Positions 30,373 through 40,225 of a stretch of DNA of 64,000 nucleotides are shown here, one piece after another. The notes below the pieces were generated by a model. The model was not told the DNA's origin. It worked only from the letters and a program-made list of their open reading frames with translations, and ran no database searches. Source of the stretch: Methylobacterium sp. (GTDB taxonomy: Bacteria > Pseudomonadota > Alphaproteobacteria > Rhizobiales > Beijerinckiaceae); the NCBI RefSeq assembly GCF_028290105.1, contig NZ_JAQGKL010000098.1, positions 13,775 through 77,774 of the forward strand, written 5' to 3'. Positions within the stretch are counted from its first letter, which is position 1, and each line of letters begins with the position of its first letter. A program made the position numbers and the translations under genes.

Positions 30373-30966
30373 TCAGGGCGGCGCGCCGAGTGCCGCCCGC
30401 GTCACCGAATCGGCGCCGATATCGTCGGTGCCGTTCATGCCGAGGGTCTCGATGAGGCGGCCGCGGGCGCGGCTGACCCGGCTCTTCATGGTCCCCACCG
30501 CGACGCCGCAGATATCCGCCGCCTCCTCGTAGGTGAAGTTCTGGGCGCCGACGAGCACCAAGGCCTCGCGCTGGCTGAACGGCAACCCGTCCAGGGCCTC
30601 CTGGAACTCGCGCATCTCCAGGCGGATCTCCTGCTCGGGCAGGCTCGTCAGGCGTCCGGCGAGGGCCCCGTCGGCATCCTCGACCTCGCGCTTGCGCTTG
30701 CGCTGCTCCGAATAGAACAGGTTGCGCAGGATCGTGAACAGCCACGCCGTGAGGTTGGTCCCCCGGGTGAAGCTGTCGGCCTTGGTCCAGGCGCGCACCA
30801 GGGTGTCCTGGACGAGATCGTCGCTGCGATCGAGATCGTAGGTCAGCGAGAACGCGAAGGCGCGCAGGGCCGGGATCGCGCCGAGCAGGAGTGTGCGCAT
30901 CTCGTCGTCGGCACCGCTCGGCGTGCCGATCGGGGCATGAACCGGGGCATGGATCGCGTTCGTCAT
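30373..30966 (-). CDS. ecfG: ECF sigma factor, EcfG (ECF15)-like
   Basis: IPALRAFA.SL; DDLVQDT..RAW; AWLFTILRN; GTMKSRVSRAR; directly downstream of a nepR-like gene. Confidence 0.85.
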   Translation of the reverse strand: MTNAIHAPVHAPIGTPSGADDEMRTLLLGAIPALRAFAFSLTYDLDRSDDLVQDTLVRAWTKADSFTRGTNLTAWLFTILRNLFYSEQRKRKREVEDADGALAGRLTSLPEQEIRLEMREFQEALDGLPFSQREALVLVGAQNFTYEEAADICGVAVGTMKSRVSRARGRLIETLGMNGTDDIGADSVTRAALGAPP

Positions 30967-31238
30967 GCGGGGCCTCCCGTCTCGGTCCGGGCAGCCAGAT
31001 CGGCGAGAAGCGCATCGAAGCGGTCGGGCAGCGGCTGGTTCAGCACCTCGTCGTAGAGAAGGCGCAGGTTGCGTCCGATCCGCCGGCGCGACTCGCGGGT
31101 GATGCCCACGGGAGGCTCCCGTTCCAGCGCGGACCGCGCCGTGGCCTGCGCCAGCCCCAGCACGACGGAGGCCGGGACGGCGGGCGGGATCTCGCCGGGA
31201 TCGGCGCTCAGGTTCGGGACGCTCGGGTCAATGCTCAT
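30963..31238 (-). CDS. nepR: NepR-like anti-sigma factor
   Basis: IGRNLRLLYDEVLNQPLPDRFDALL; ATGA overlap with the sigma gene. Confidence 0.85.
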   Translation of the reverse strand: MSIDPSVPNLSADPGEIPPAVPASVVLGLAQATARSALEREPPVGITRESRRRIGRNLRLLYDEVLNQPLPDRFDALLADLAARTETGGPA

Positions 31239-31555
31239 TGCTGCTCATCGCTCGACGGCCGGGGCCGGAGAGACCGGAGCGCCGTCATTTCGCCGGTCGT
31301 GCTAGCGACGAGCGATTTAACGAGCTCTGAAAGAAGCATTCATCCGGCTTTAAGCTACGAATGATGACTGAAAATCGGCGCCGCCGGTTCAGAAACGATG
31401 AGATACAAAACGAGACCGGTTCTAAGCGTGGCCATTGCAAGACTTATAGTCTGCCTGTCCTGTCGCTAAGCTGAACAATATGGAGTGGGTCCGCTGCGCG
31501 GGTCGCGCCGGGAAATCCCCCTGTCGGCGGGCCGCGCGGCGTGCCAGATGCGGCG

Positions 31556-31570
31556 TGGCCCGCCGCTTGC
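31556..31570 (+). promoter_or_regulatory. sigma54 -24/-12 promoter of glsA
   Basis: TGGCCCGCCGCTTGC (GG-N10-GC), 48 bp upstream of the start. Confidence 0.55.
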
Positions 31571-31618
31571 GGCCGGGACCCAGACCTTGTCCGACTCCCC
31601 TTACGAAAAGCCGTGCCG

Positions 31619-32560
31619 ATGATTTCACCCGTGCCGGATCTCGACCGCGTCGTCCGCGAGATCGCCGACGAGATGCGGGACCGATCGGACCGGGGCGAGG
31701 TGGCGACCTACATTCCGGAGCTTGCCCGGGTGGATGCGGGCGCCTTCGGACTGGTGGTGATCGACGCGGACGGGCACGTGGCGGCCGGTGGCGACAGCGA
31801 GGCGCCCTTCTCGATCCAGAGCATCTCGAAGGTGTTCACCCTGACCCTGGCGCTCGGCATGGCGGGGGACCGGCTCTGGCGCCGGGTGGGCCGCGAGCCC
31901 TCGGGCAGCCCCTTCAACTCCATCGTCCAGCTGGAGCGCGAGCGCGGCATCCCGCGCAACCCCTTCATCAATGCCGGCGCCATCGCGGTCACCGACCTGA
32001 TCCTGTCGGGGCACCAGCCGCGCGAGGCGCTGGGCGAGATCCTGCGCTTCCTGCAGTTCCTGGCGCAGGATCCGGCGATCACCATCGACGAGGCGGTGGC
32101 GGCCTCCGAGCTGCGCACGGGCTTTCGCAACGTGGCGCTCGCCAATTACATGAAATCCTTCGGGGTGCTCGACAACCCGGTCGATTTCACCCTCGGCGTC
32201 TACTTCCACCACTGCGCCATCAGCATGTCCTGCCGGCAGCTCGCCCAGGCCGGGTGCTTCCTCGCCCATTCCGGGCGAAATCCGGCCACCGGCCACTCGG
32301 TGGTCTCGCCCGAGCGGGCGCGCCGCATCAACGCCGTGATGCTGACCTGCGGGCATTACGATGGCTCCGGGGAATTCGCCTACCGGGTCGGCCTGCCGGG
32401 CAAGAGCGGTGTCGGCGGCGGCATCCTGGCGATCGCGCCGGGCAAGGCCTCGATCGCGGTCTGGTCCCCGGGCCTCGACGCCTCCGGCAACTCGCATCTC
32501 GGGCGGATCGCCCTCGAGATGCTCACGAAACGCCTCGGCTGGTCGATCTTCGGGGCGTGA
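31619..32560 (+). CDS. glsA: glutaminase
   Basis: [32 protein letters not shown] and [10 protein letters not shown]. Confidence 0.95.
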   Translation: MISPVPDLDRVVREIADEMRDRSDRGEVATYIPELARVDAGAFGLVVIDADGHVAAGGDSEAPFSIQSISKVFTLTLALGMAGDRLWRRVGREPSGSPFNSIVQLERERGIPRNPFINAGAIAVTDLILSGHQPREALGEILRFLQFLAQDPAITIDEAVAASELRTGFRNVALANYMKSFGVLDNPVDFTLGVYFHHCAISMSCRQLAQAGCFLAHSGRNPATGHSVVSPERARRINAVMLTCGHYDGSGEFAYRVGLPGKSGVGGGILAIAPGKASIAVWSPGLDASGNSHLGRIALEMLTKRLGWSIFGA

Positions 32561-32603
32561 ACGCACTGAGCGATGCATTGCCTATCCACCGGGCACAAAA
32601 GAA

Positions 32604-32632
32604 AAGCCTGCCGCGACGAGCGCGGCAGGCTT
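32604..32632 (-). terminator. rho-independent terminator of glnII
   Basis: 12-bp stem AAGCCTGCCGCG/CGCGGCAGGCTT with an A-tract on the left (U-tract on the minus strand). Confidence 0.75.
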
Positions 32633-32675
32633 CGATCAAAAAACAGGCAAAATGCCCGACGGTTGCGCCTAAAAC

Positions 32676-33716
32676 TTAGGCGGCAGCCTGCTGATCGGTG
32701 GCGGTCGGCACCGAGGCGATCGTCTTCAGGATCTGCGAGGCGATCTGGTAGGGGTCCCCCTGGCTGTTGGGGCGGCGGTCTTCCAGGTAGCCCTTGTACT
32801 CGTTGTTGACGAAGCTGTGCGGCACGCGGATCGAGGCGCCGCGATCGGCCACACCGTAGCTGAACTGGTCGATGGCCGCGGTCTCGTGCTTGCCCGTCAG
32901 GCGCATGTGGTTGTCGGGGCCGTACACGGCGATGTGGTCCTCGAGGTTCTCCTTGAAGGCCGCCATGAGGGACTCGAAATAGGCCTTGCCGCCCACGGTC
33001 CGCAGGTGCTCGGTCGAGAAGTTCGCGTGCATGCCCGAGCCGTTCCAGTCGGTCGCACCCAGCGGCTTGCAATGGTACTCGACGTCGATCTCGTAGCTCT
33101 CGCACAGGCGCTGGAGCAGGTAGCGGGCGAGCCACATCTCGTCGGCGGCCTTCTTGGAGCCCTTGCCGAAGATCTGGAATTCCCACTGGCCCTTGGCCAC
33201 CTCGGCGTTGATGCCCTCGTGGTTGATGCCGGCGTCGAGGCACAGGTCGAGGTGCTCCTCGACGATCTTGCGGGCGATCGAGCCGACTTCCTTGTAGCCG
33301 ACGCCGCAGTAATACGGGCCCTGCGGAGCGGGGTAGCCGGCGGTGGGGAAGCCGAGCGGGCGGCCGTCCTTGTAGAAGAAGTACTCCTGCTCGAAGCCGA
33401 ACCAGGCACCGTCGTCGTCGAGGATGGTGGCGCGCTTGTTGGAGGCGTGCGGGGTGACGCCGTCCGGCATCATGACTTCGCAGAGCACGAGCACGCCGTT
33501 CTTGCGGGTGGAATCCGGAACGTGGCGCACGGGCTTGAGCATGCAGTCGGAGCTTCCGCCCTCGGCCTGCAGGGTCGAGCTGCCGTCGAAGCCCCAAAGC
33601 GGAAGCTGCTCGAGGGTGGGGAAGCCGTCGAATTCCTTGATCTGGGTCTTGCCGCGAAGGTTCGGCACCGGAGTGTATCCGTCGAGCCAGATATACTCGA
33701 GCTTGTATTTCGTCAT
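32676..33716 (-). CDS. glnII: glutamine synthetase type II
   Basis: EYIWLDG, WGFDGSST, GFEQEY, NAEV..GQWEFQ, DWNGSGMH and YLEDRRP. Confidence 0.95.
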   Translation of the reverse strand: MTKYKLEYIWLDGYTPVPNLRGKTQIKEFDGFPTLEQLPLWGFDGSSTLQAEGGSSDCMLKPVRHVPDSTRKNGVLVLCEVMMPDGVTPHASNKRATILDDDGAWFGFEQEYFFYKDGRPLGFPTAGYPAPQGPYYCGVGYKEVGSIARKIVEEHLDLCLDAGINHEGINAEVAKGQWEFQIFGKGSKKAADEMWLARYLLQRLCESYEIDVEYHCKPLGATDWNGSGMHANFSTEHLRTVGGKAYFESLMAAFKENLEDHIAVYGPDNHMRLTGKHETAAIDQFSYGVADRGASIRVPHSFVNNEYKGYLEDRRPNSQGDPYQIASQILKTIASVPTATDQQAAA

Positions 33717-33797
33717 TCCGAGCCTCTCGTCCTGAAGCGATGCGAAATCCGAGAACACCCAACGGGATTCGCAGCCATCGCTGGCGTGAGGCGCCTA

Positions 33798-33813
33798 AGC
33801 AATGATCGCGCCA
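33798..33813 (-). promoter_or_regulatory. sigma54 -24/-12 promoter of glnII
   Basis: Minus strand TGGCGCGATCATTGCT, near-perfect consensus. Confidence 0.75.
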
Positions 33814-33912
33814 GAACCCGCCGGCGCCGGACTGCGGCATAACGGCATCCGGCCTCGGCGTGAGATTTCATTAACGCGTTCGTACTAGCGCTGGTTGGAT
33901 CAGGAGATCGCG

Positions 33913-35037
33913 ATGCGCAGACAGATCAGCAGCGCGCTCGCCGGCGCTGCCCTGCTCGCCGTCGCGTCCGCTGGAATCGGTTTCGACCCGCTCAGGGCAG
34001 GTGAGCCGGGACACGGGGTAGCCGACACCACGCCGGCCGAGATCCTGGCCCTGCGGGACGCCTATCGGCGCGTCGACGAGAATTCCTATCCGGCCGAGAA
34101 TCCCTACAGCCCGGCCAAGGCCGAACTCGGCCAGCGCCTGTTCTTCGACCCGATCCTGTCCGGCGCCGGAACCATGAGCTGCGCCAGCTGCCACGTCCCG
34201 TCGCAGTCGTGGAGCGACGGGCGTCCGCGCGGCGTCGGCGAGACCGGCGCCATCATGAAGGTGCGGACCCCCACCCTCCTCGACGTCGCTCAGATCCCCA
34301 TCCTGGGATGGGATGGAAAGTTCGACGACCTGGAGGATGTGGCTTTCACGCCGATCACCAGCCCGAGCGCGATGAACCTGCCGGAGCGCGTGCTGATCGA
34401 GCGCCTGAAGAGCGACCCCGATTACCGTCGTGCCTTCTCGGCCGCCTTCCCCGAGCGGGTCGAGGCCGGCCAGGGGGGCGGCCAGGGGGCCGGCAAGGAC
34501 GCCAGCAAGAATGCGGGCATGGATGCCGCGATCAGCCGCCGGACGATCGAACTCGCGCTCGCTACCTTCCAGCGCTCCATCGTCTCGGGCCAGTCCCCCT
34601 TCGACCGCTGGGTCCTGGGCGACGAGACGGCCATCGACGCCCGCGCCAAGGCGGGGTTCGCGGTGTTCAACGGCAAGGGCCAGTGCGCCGCCTGCCATTC
34701 CGGCTGGACCTTCACCGACGGGTCCTTTCAGGACATCGGGGTGGGCACCGGCGACGACATCGGCCGGGCCGTCGCCTTCAAGAACTCGGAGCAGCTGCGC
34801 TACGCCTTCAAGACCCCGACCCTGCGGGACGTCGCGGAGCGCGGCCCCTACATGCACGACGGCTCGCGAGCCACCCTGGAGGACGTCATCGACCTCTACG
34901 ATCGCGGGGGAATCGACCGGCCGAGCCGGTCTCCGTCCATCAAACCCTTGGGCCTCACGGAGGCCGAGAAGCGCGACCTCGTCGCCTTCCTGAAGACGCT
35001 CACCGCCGACGTCGCGGGTCAGCCGCGCCTCAACTGA
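33913..35037 (+). CDS. periplasmic di-heme cytochrome c peroxidase / MauG family protein
   Basis: Signal peptide; two CxxCH motifs (CASCH, CAACH); LGQRLFFDP.LS, WDG and FKTPTLR.V..RGPYMHDG. Confidence 0.9.
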   Translation: MRRQISSALAGAALLAVASAGIGFDPLRAGEPGHGVADTTPAEILALRDAYRRVDENSYPAENPYSPAKAELGQRLFFDPILSGAGTMSCASCHVPSQSWSDGRPRGVGETGAIMKVRTPTLLDVAQIPILGWDGKFDDLEDVAFTPITSPSAMNLPERVLIERLKSDPDYRRAFSAAFPERVEAGQGGGQGAGKDASKNAGMDAAISRRTIELALATFQRSIVSGQSPFDRWVLGDETAIDARAKAGFAVFNGKGQCAACHSGWTFTDGSFQDIGVGTGDDIGRAVAFKNSEQLRYAFKTPTLRDVAERGPYMHDGSRATLEDVIDLYDRGGIDRPSRSPSIKPLGLTEAEKRDLVAFLKTLTADVAGQPRLN

Positions 35038-35395
35038 GGGGCGCCGCGCTTTAGCGGAACAGGGGAAGGCTGGCTCCCAGAAGGCCGAGGCCCGCCAGCA
35101 GCAGCCGTCCGGACCACAGCTCGAAGGACTCGGCCGAGCCCGAGGTCCGCGTCGCCGCGTAGGACAGGCCCGTTCCCACCATCAGGCTCGACAGACTCAG
35201 GGTGGCGATCATCGGGCCGCTCGGGTGGGACGCTTCCAGTGCGGTTGTCCTACCCTCTTCAAGGTTAGCAGGCCATGTCGATTGAGCACTTTTCGCCCTG
35301 CAGTGTCATCAATCTGTTACCTCGATCGATCGCTTCAGTCGGACATGGTCTTGAACTCGGTTCGGTCGAAGCGCGCAGTGCTAACCCTCCGGACC

Positions 35396-35428
35396 GTTGT
35401 TAACCATTTGGCAAGAACCGTTAACAAC
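35396..35428. promoter_or_regulatory. inverted repeat GTTGTTAAC-N15-GTTAACAAC
   Basis: Perfect 9-bp inverted repeat upstream of ORF 35513. Confidence 0.5.
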
Positions 35429-35512
35429 TTCCTTCCGCAATTCATCGAAGGCGCGTAGTTTTGAGCTCGCCGGCAAGCCCCCGATCGCCGGTGATCTCAG
35501 CAGGGCCTTTCC

Positions 35513-36553
35513 ATGCAATCCGGGCGATACTGGCTGCCTCGTCCTGCAGTCGTGATGATGTCTGTGCTCCTGTCCGTGGCGGGCTCCACCGCCGCGACGG
35601 CCCACGTGAAATGGTTCTGCGCCTACGATCTCGTCGGCTCGCCGCGCGGCCTCGGCGAGGTCCTCTGCTCGGATCTCGAGAAGCTGATCGGCCTCTCTCT
35701 GCTGGCCCTCATGGTGGGTGGCCTGCTCGAGGGAACGGTGCTGGGGGCAGCGCTGACCCGATCCCTCGACCGGACCACCGCCTGGGCGCGCGACAACACC
35801 GAATTGCTGTTTCGCGCGGTCTGCGGCGCCTTCTTCGTCTCGCTCTGGACCCTGGGCGGCATCATCCTGACGCCTGAGTTGAAGACCGCCAACGCGGCGA
35901 TCTCCTGGTTCCAGCTCGCCATCGCGGCGGGGTTCCTGTGGCGCCGGACGATGCCGCTCTCGGCGCTCGGCATCGTGGTGCTGTTCGCCACCGCCGTGCG
36001 CGAATACGGCGCCTTCCATCTCGCCGATTATCCGGTCTTCCTCGGCGTCGCGGCCTATTTCGCCCTGACCGGCCTCGGGCGGTCTCTGCCCGGCGGGATC
36101 CGGCCCCTCGACGTGGTGCGGTACACGGCCGCCATCACCCTGATGTGGGCGTCGGTCGAGAAGTGGGCCTACCCGCAATGGTCCTTCCCGCTGTTCGTCG
36201 AACATCCGGCGATGACCCTCGGCTTCTCGGGCGAGTACTTCATGAAGGCGGCCGGCGCGGTGGAATTCGCCCTCGCCTTCGCCCTGGTCTGTACGCCGCT
36301 GGTTCGCCGGATCGCCGCGATCCTGCTTGCCGCCACCTTCGTCTCGGCGATCTTCGAGTTCGGCAAGGTCGACGCCATCGGGCATGCGCCGATCATCGTG
36401 GCCATGGTGGCCATCGCCGCCGACAACGCCACGGCGCCCTACCGCCTGCGCAACCTGGCGCTGACGCCGGTGGGCTACGGAGCCGCGCTCGCCGCCTTCA
36501 TCGGATTGTATTACGGCGCCCATGCCATGCTTCAGGGAACGAGCATGCTCTGA
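35513..36553 (+). CDS. polytopic membrane protein, DoxX-like
   Basis: Signal-like segment then AHVKWF; two repeated TM bundles; conserved-looking His (HLAD, GHAP). Confidence 0.7.
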   Translation: MQSGRYWLPRPAVVMMSVLLSVAGSTAATAHVKWFCAYDLVGSPRGLGEVLCSDLEKLIGLSLLALMVGGLLEGTVLGAALTRSLDRTTAWARDNTELLFRAVCGAFFVSLWTLGGIILTPELKTANAAISWFQLAIAAGFLWRRTMPLSALGIVVLFATAVREYGAFHLADYPVFLGVAAYFALTGLGRSLPGGIRPLDVVRYTAAITLMWASVEKWAYPQWSFPLFVEHPAMTLGFSGEYFMKAAGAVEFALAFALVCTPLVRRIAAILLAATFVSAIFEFGKVDAIGHAPIIVAMVAIAADNATAPYRLRNLALTPVGYGAALAAFIGLYYGAHAMLQGTSML

Positions 36554-36635
36554 GACACGGCACCAAGACGGGCTGCGCGCCAACGCGAAACAGGCTCCCC
36601 CATATCGGGCGGAGCCTGTTTCGCGTGTGCCCGAC

Positions 36636-36983
36636 TCAGCGTCCCTCGACGCGGACGGTGAGCTTCATCTTGGGGTGGATGCCGCACAGGACCGCGAAGG
36701 TCCCGCCCACCGTGAAGGTCACCTGGGCCCGGCTCCCCGGTTTCAGGTCTCCGGAATCGAAGGTGAAGTCGGGGGAATCGATGTAGGCGTGGTGCAGGAG
36801 GTCGCCGTCGTCGTTGACGATCTCGACGCTGGCCCCGCGCTGCAGGATCACGGCGTTCGGCTGGAACGCGCGCCCCTTCTGGGAAACGTGAAGTGTCGGC
36901 GGACCGATGGCCGCCAGTGCCAGACCGCCCGTCGCCGCACCCAGTGCACCGAAGGCCAGGCAGACACAGGTGAGGCGCCGCAT
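36636..36983 (-). CDS. secreted cupredoxin (type-1 copper) protein
   Basis: N.D..LHH and C-terminal CGIHPKM (Cys-His-Met) ligand loop; signal peptide. Confidence 0.85.
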   Translation of the reverse strand: MRRLTCVCLAFGALGAATGGLALAAIGPPTLHVSQKGRAFQPNAVILQRGASVEIVNDDGDLLHHAYIDSPDFTFDSGDLKPGSRAQVTFTVGGTFAVLCGIHPKMKLTVRVEGR

Positions 36984-37106
36984 GCGTTGTCCATCCGTGG
37001 AGCATGTTGAGGAGTACGATCCGCCGGTGTCGATCACGACATCCGGCGTCGGGTCGGGTGCGGAAACGCCGACCGCTCTGGTGTCTCATCTCCGCGTGAA
37101 ACATCG

Positions 37107-37151
37107 GTTAAGGCCGAAAATGCAATCGTTGCGTTTCAAGACCGCCTTAAC
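37107..37151. promoter_or_regulatory. inverted repeat GTTAAGGC...GCCTTAAC in a divergent promoter
   Basis: 8-bp inverted repeat, 29-bp spacer, between the cupredoxin and GGDEF-EAL genes. Confidence 0.4.
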
Positions 37152-37162
37152 GTCTGTCCGTC

Positions 37163-40126
37163 ATGCTCAACCCATCGTTGGACGGGACGGCTTTGATGAC
37201 ATCTCCCGAAGCACCGATGGCGACCTGCGCCCGGCCTCGCCGGCGCTGGGTCGACACCGTCGGTGCGATGCTCGGCACGATCCGCGGACGGATCGTGATC
37301 GCGTTCCTCGTGATGAGCGCGATCACGGGGGCGCTCGGCCTGTCGGCGGCCTCCAGCATCCGCCGGGCGGATGAACTCGTCAGCCAGACCTTCGACCGCT
37401 CGTTGATGTCGATCAACTATGCCCGTGCGGCCGCCACCGACTTTGCCGGAATGCGGGCGGTCGAGGCGCGGCGCTGGCTGATCACCGATCCGGCGACACG
37501 GACGGTCCTCGACGAGCGCCTCCTCAGCCTGCAGCGCCTGCTCGCGGAAGACCTCGAGATCGCCGTCGAGCGCGCCCAATCCGACCGGGCCACCGAGGCC
37601 GCGCGGGTCGCCGAGCAGGCGGTCGCCGCCTGGGCGGCGGCGCGCGCCAAGCTCTCGGACCAGGGCCAGGGCGAGGCGGCCTACGCGGAGCTCGACCGCC
37701 ATGCCGCCGTCGCCGAGGAGAACTTCGACCTCTTCATCAACTACACCGCCGGCGACGGCTTCATCTATCGCCAGCAGGCGCGGGCCATCGTCGCCCGCGA
37801 GACGCGGCTCAACCTGTTCGGGACGCTCTTTGCCGTCCTCCTCTCCGGTACGGTGGCGTTCTGCCTCGCGCGCCGCATCATGGGCCCGCTCACCGACGCC
37901 TCGCGGGCGGCCTCGCGCATCGCGGCGGGCGACCTCAGCGGGACGATGCCGGCGGGGGGCGCCGACGAGGTCGGCACGCTGCTGGCCGCCATGGGCGTCA
38001 TGCGGGACAATATCCGGCACGCGATGGAGCGGGAGGTCGCGCAGCGGATCTCGGCGGAGGATCAACTGGCCGACGCCCTGGAGACCTCCCGCGAGGGCAT
38101 CGTCGTGGTCGACGAGGCCGGGCGGGTCACCCTGACCAACAGCCAGGCGGACGACTACCTGGGCTTTGCCGCCGGCCGCCTGCCGGCGGGCAGCGCCATC
38201 GCGGGCCTGGCGCGGAACGCCGCGGGCTCGGGCTGCCTCGCCCGGGCACTCCTCGACGCCACCGAGGAGCGCAGCGAACTGCGCCTCGACGATGGTCGCT
38301 GGCTGCGGATCAGCCGGAACGCCACGCGGAGCGGCGGCTTCATCGCGGTCTGCAGCGACATCACCCTGATCAAGCAGCAGGAAGCCATCCTGCAATCGAC
38401 CAACCTGCGCCTCGATACGGCCCTCGACAACATGTCCCAGGGGCTGTGCCTGTTCGATGCCGGCGGCCGTCTCACCGTGGTCAACCGCCGCTACTGCGAG
38501 ATCTTCGGCCTGTCGCCGGACCGGCTCCCCCTCGGCCTGCCGTATCGGGAGGTCGCGGCGCTGAGTGCCGCCGGCCGCGCGGATCGGCGGTCCGATCCCG
38601 ACGCCTTCGCCCTGGCGCTGGCGGAGACCGCCGCCGGCCGGCCGTCGAACGCGGATTTCCTGCATCTCGCCGACGGCCGCGTCGTCGAGGTTTCCCACAA
38701 GGCGGTGCGCGGGGGCGGCCTGGTCGCGACCTTCGAGGACGTGACGGAGCGCCGGGAGGCGGATGCCCGCATCGCCTTCATGGCCCGCCACGACGTCCTC
38801 ACCGGATTGCCCAACCGGGCGATGTTCGGCGAGCGCATCGAGGAGGCGGTCGCGCATCTCGGGCGCGGCAGCCCGTTCGCGGTCCTGTGCCTCGACCTCG
38901 ACCGCTTCAAGGAAGTCAACGACACCCTCGGCCACCCGGTGGGCGACGCGCTCCTGCGCGCGGTGGCCGACCGGCTGCGGGCTTGCGTGCGCGAGGTCGA
39001 CACGATCGCGCGTCTCGGCGGCGACGAATTCGCGATCATCATCTCGGAAGCCGAGCAGCCTCAGGATGCCGCCGTGCTGGCGCGCCGGATCATCGAGGTC
39101 GTCAGCGCGCCTTATGACCTCGACGGCAACCGCGCCAGCGTCGGGGTGAGCATCGGCATCTGCTTTGCGCCCGGCGACGGCACCACCTGCGACAAGCTCC
39201 TCAAGAACGCCGATGTCGCGCTCTACCGCGCCAAGGCGGACGGGCGCGGCACCTGGCGCTTCTTCGAGGCGGCGATGGATGTCAGCCTCCAGGCCCGCCG
39301 TGCCCTCGAACTCGACCTGCGCGAGGCGCTGGTGCGCGAGGAGTTCGAGCTCCACTACCAGCCCATCTACGATTTCCGCGCGCGGTGCATCGGCGGGTTC
39401 GAGGCACTGGTGCGCTGGCGCCATCCGGTCCGCGGGCTCGTGCCGCCCGGCGAGTTCATCTCCGTCGCCGAGGAGATCGGCCTGATCGTGCCGCTCGGCG
39501 CCTGGTGCCTCACCACCGCCTGCACGGAGGCCATGCGCTGGCCCGACGGCATCAAGGTGGCGGTGAACGTCTCGGCGGTGCAGTTCCGCGACGAGGTCAT
39601 CGTCGAGGCGGTGCGCGAGGCGCTGACCCGTAGCCGCCTGCCGCCCGGCCGCCTCGAACTGGAAATCACCGAATCGGTGCTCCTCAAGGACAATCTGACG
39701 ACGCTCGCGACCCTGCACGCCCTGCGCCGCCTCGGGGTGCGCATCGCCATGGACGATTTCGGCACGGGCTACTCGTCCCTGAGCTACCTGCGCAGCTTCC
39801 CCTTCGACAAGATCAAGATCGACCAGTCCTTCGTGCGCGACATCACCAGCAAGACCGATTCCGGGCTGATCGTGCGCGCCGTCATCGGCCTCGGGCTCAG
39901 CCTGGGCATGCGCACCACCGGCGAGGGGATCGAGACCGAGGCCCAGTTCGACCGCCTGCGCAGCGAGGGCTGCGACGAGGGCCAGGGCTATTACTTCGCC
40001 AAGCCCGCCCCGGCCCGCGAGGTCCCGACGATGATCGAGCGCTGGTCCCGTGAGGCGAAAGGCGCCCTCCGCGAGGCCGGTGGAACGCCCCGCGAGGCCA
40101 AAGGAACGCCCCGCGCCGTAGCCTGA
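37163..40126 (+). CDS. membrane-anchored HAMP-PAS-GGDEF-EAL protein
   Basis: Two TM segments with a periplasmic helical domain; HAMP (DEVGTL); PAS x2; intact GGDEF, EAL and DDFGTGYSS. Confidence 0.93.
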   Translation: MLNPSLDGTALMTSPEAPMATCARPRRRWVDTVGAMLGTIRGRIVIAFLVMSAITGALGLSAASSIRRADELVSQTFDRSLMSINYARAAATDFAGMRAVEARRWLITDPATRTVLDERLLSLQRLLAEDLEIAVERAQSDRATEAARVAEQAVAAWAAARAKLSDQGQGEAAYAELDRHAAVAEENFDLFINYTAGDGFIYRQQARAIVARETRLNLFGTLFAVLLSGTVAFCLARRIMGPLTDASRAASRIAAGDLSGTMPAGGADEVGTLLAAMGVMRDNIRHAMEREVAQRISAEDQLADALETSREGIVVVDEAGRVTLTNSQADDYLGFAAGRLPAGSAIAGLARNAAGSGCLARALLDATEERSELRLDDGRWLRISRNATRSGGFIAVCSDITLIKQQEAILQSTNLRLDTALDNMSQGLCLFDAGGRLTVVNRRYCEIFGLSPDRLPLGLPYREVAALSAAGRADRRSDPDAFALALAETAAGRPSNADFLHLADGRVVEVSHKAVRGGGLVATFEDVTERREADARIAFMARHDVLTGLPNRAMFGERIEEAVAHLGRGSPFAVLCLDLDRFKEVNDTLGHPVGDALLRAVADRLRACVREVDTIARLGGDEFAIIISEAEQPQDAAVLARRIIEVVSAPYDLDGNRASVGVSIGICFAPGDGTTCDKLLKNADVALYRAKADGRGTWRFFEAAMDVSLQARRALELDLREALVREEFELHYQPIYDFRARCIGGFEALVRWRHPVRGLVPPGEFISVAEEIGLIVPLGAWCLTTACTEAMRWPDGIKVAVNVSAVQFRDEVIVEAVREALTRSRLPPGRLELEITESVLLKDNLTTLATLHALRRLGVRIAMDDFGTGYSSLSYLRSFPFDKIKIDQSFVRDITSKTDSGLIVRAVIGLGLSLGMRTTGEGIETEAQFDRLRSEGCDEGQGYYFAKPAPAREVPTMIERWSREAKGALREAGGTPREAKGTPRAVA

Positions 40127-40225
40127 CATCGTCGGCGGCGCGGAGCAGCCCCGCGCCGGTTGTCTCTCAACGTGGGCGTTCCCGCCGGACCAACGTCCAA
40201 GTCAGAATGCGTTACCCGCCTGCGT

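Noticed and set aside
33913-36983. Methylamine dehydrogenase (mau) cluster
   Set aside because: No mauA/mauB/mauD/mauE genes nearby; calling these genes mauG or amicyanin is unsupported
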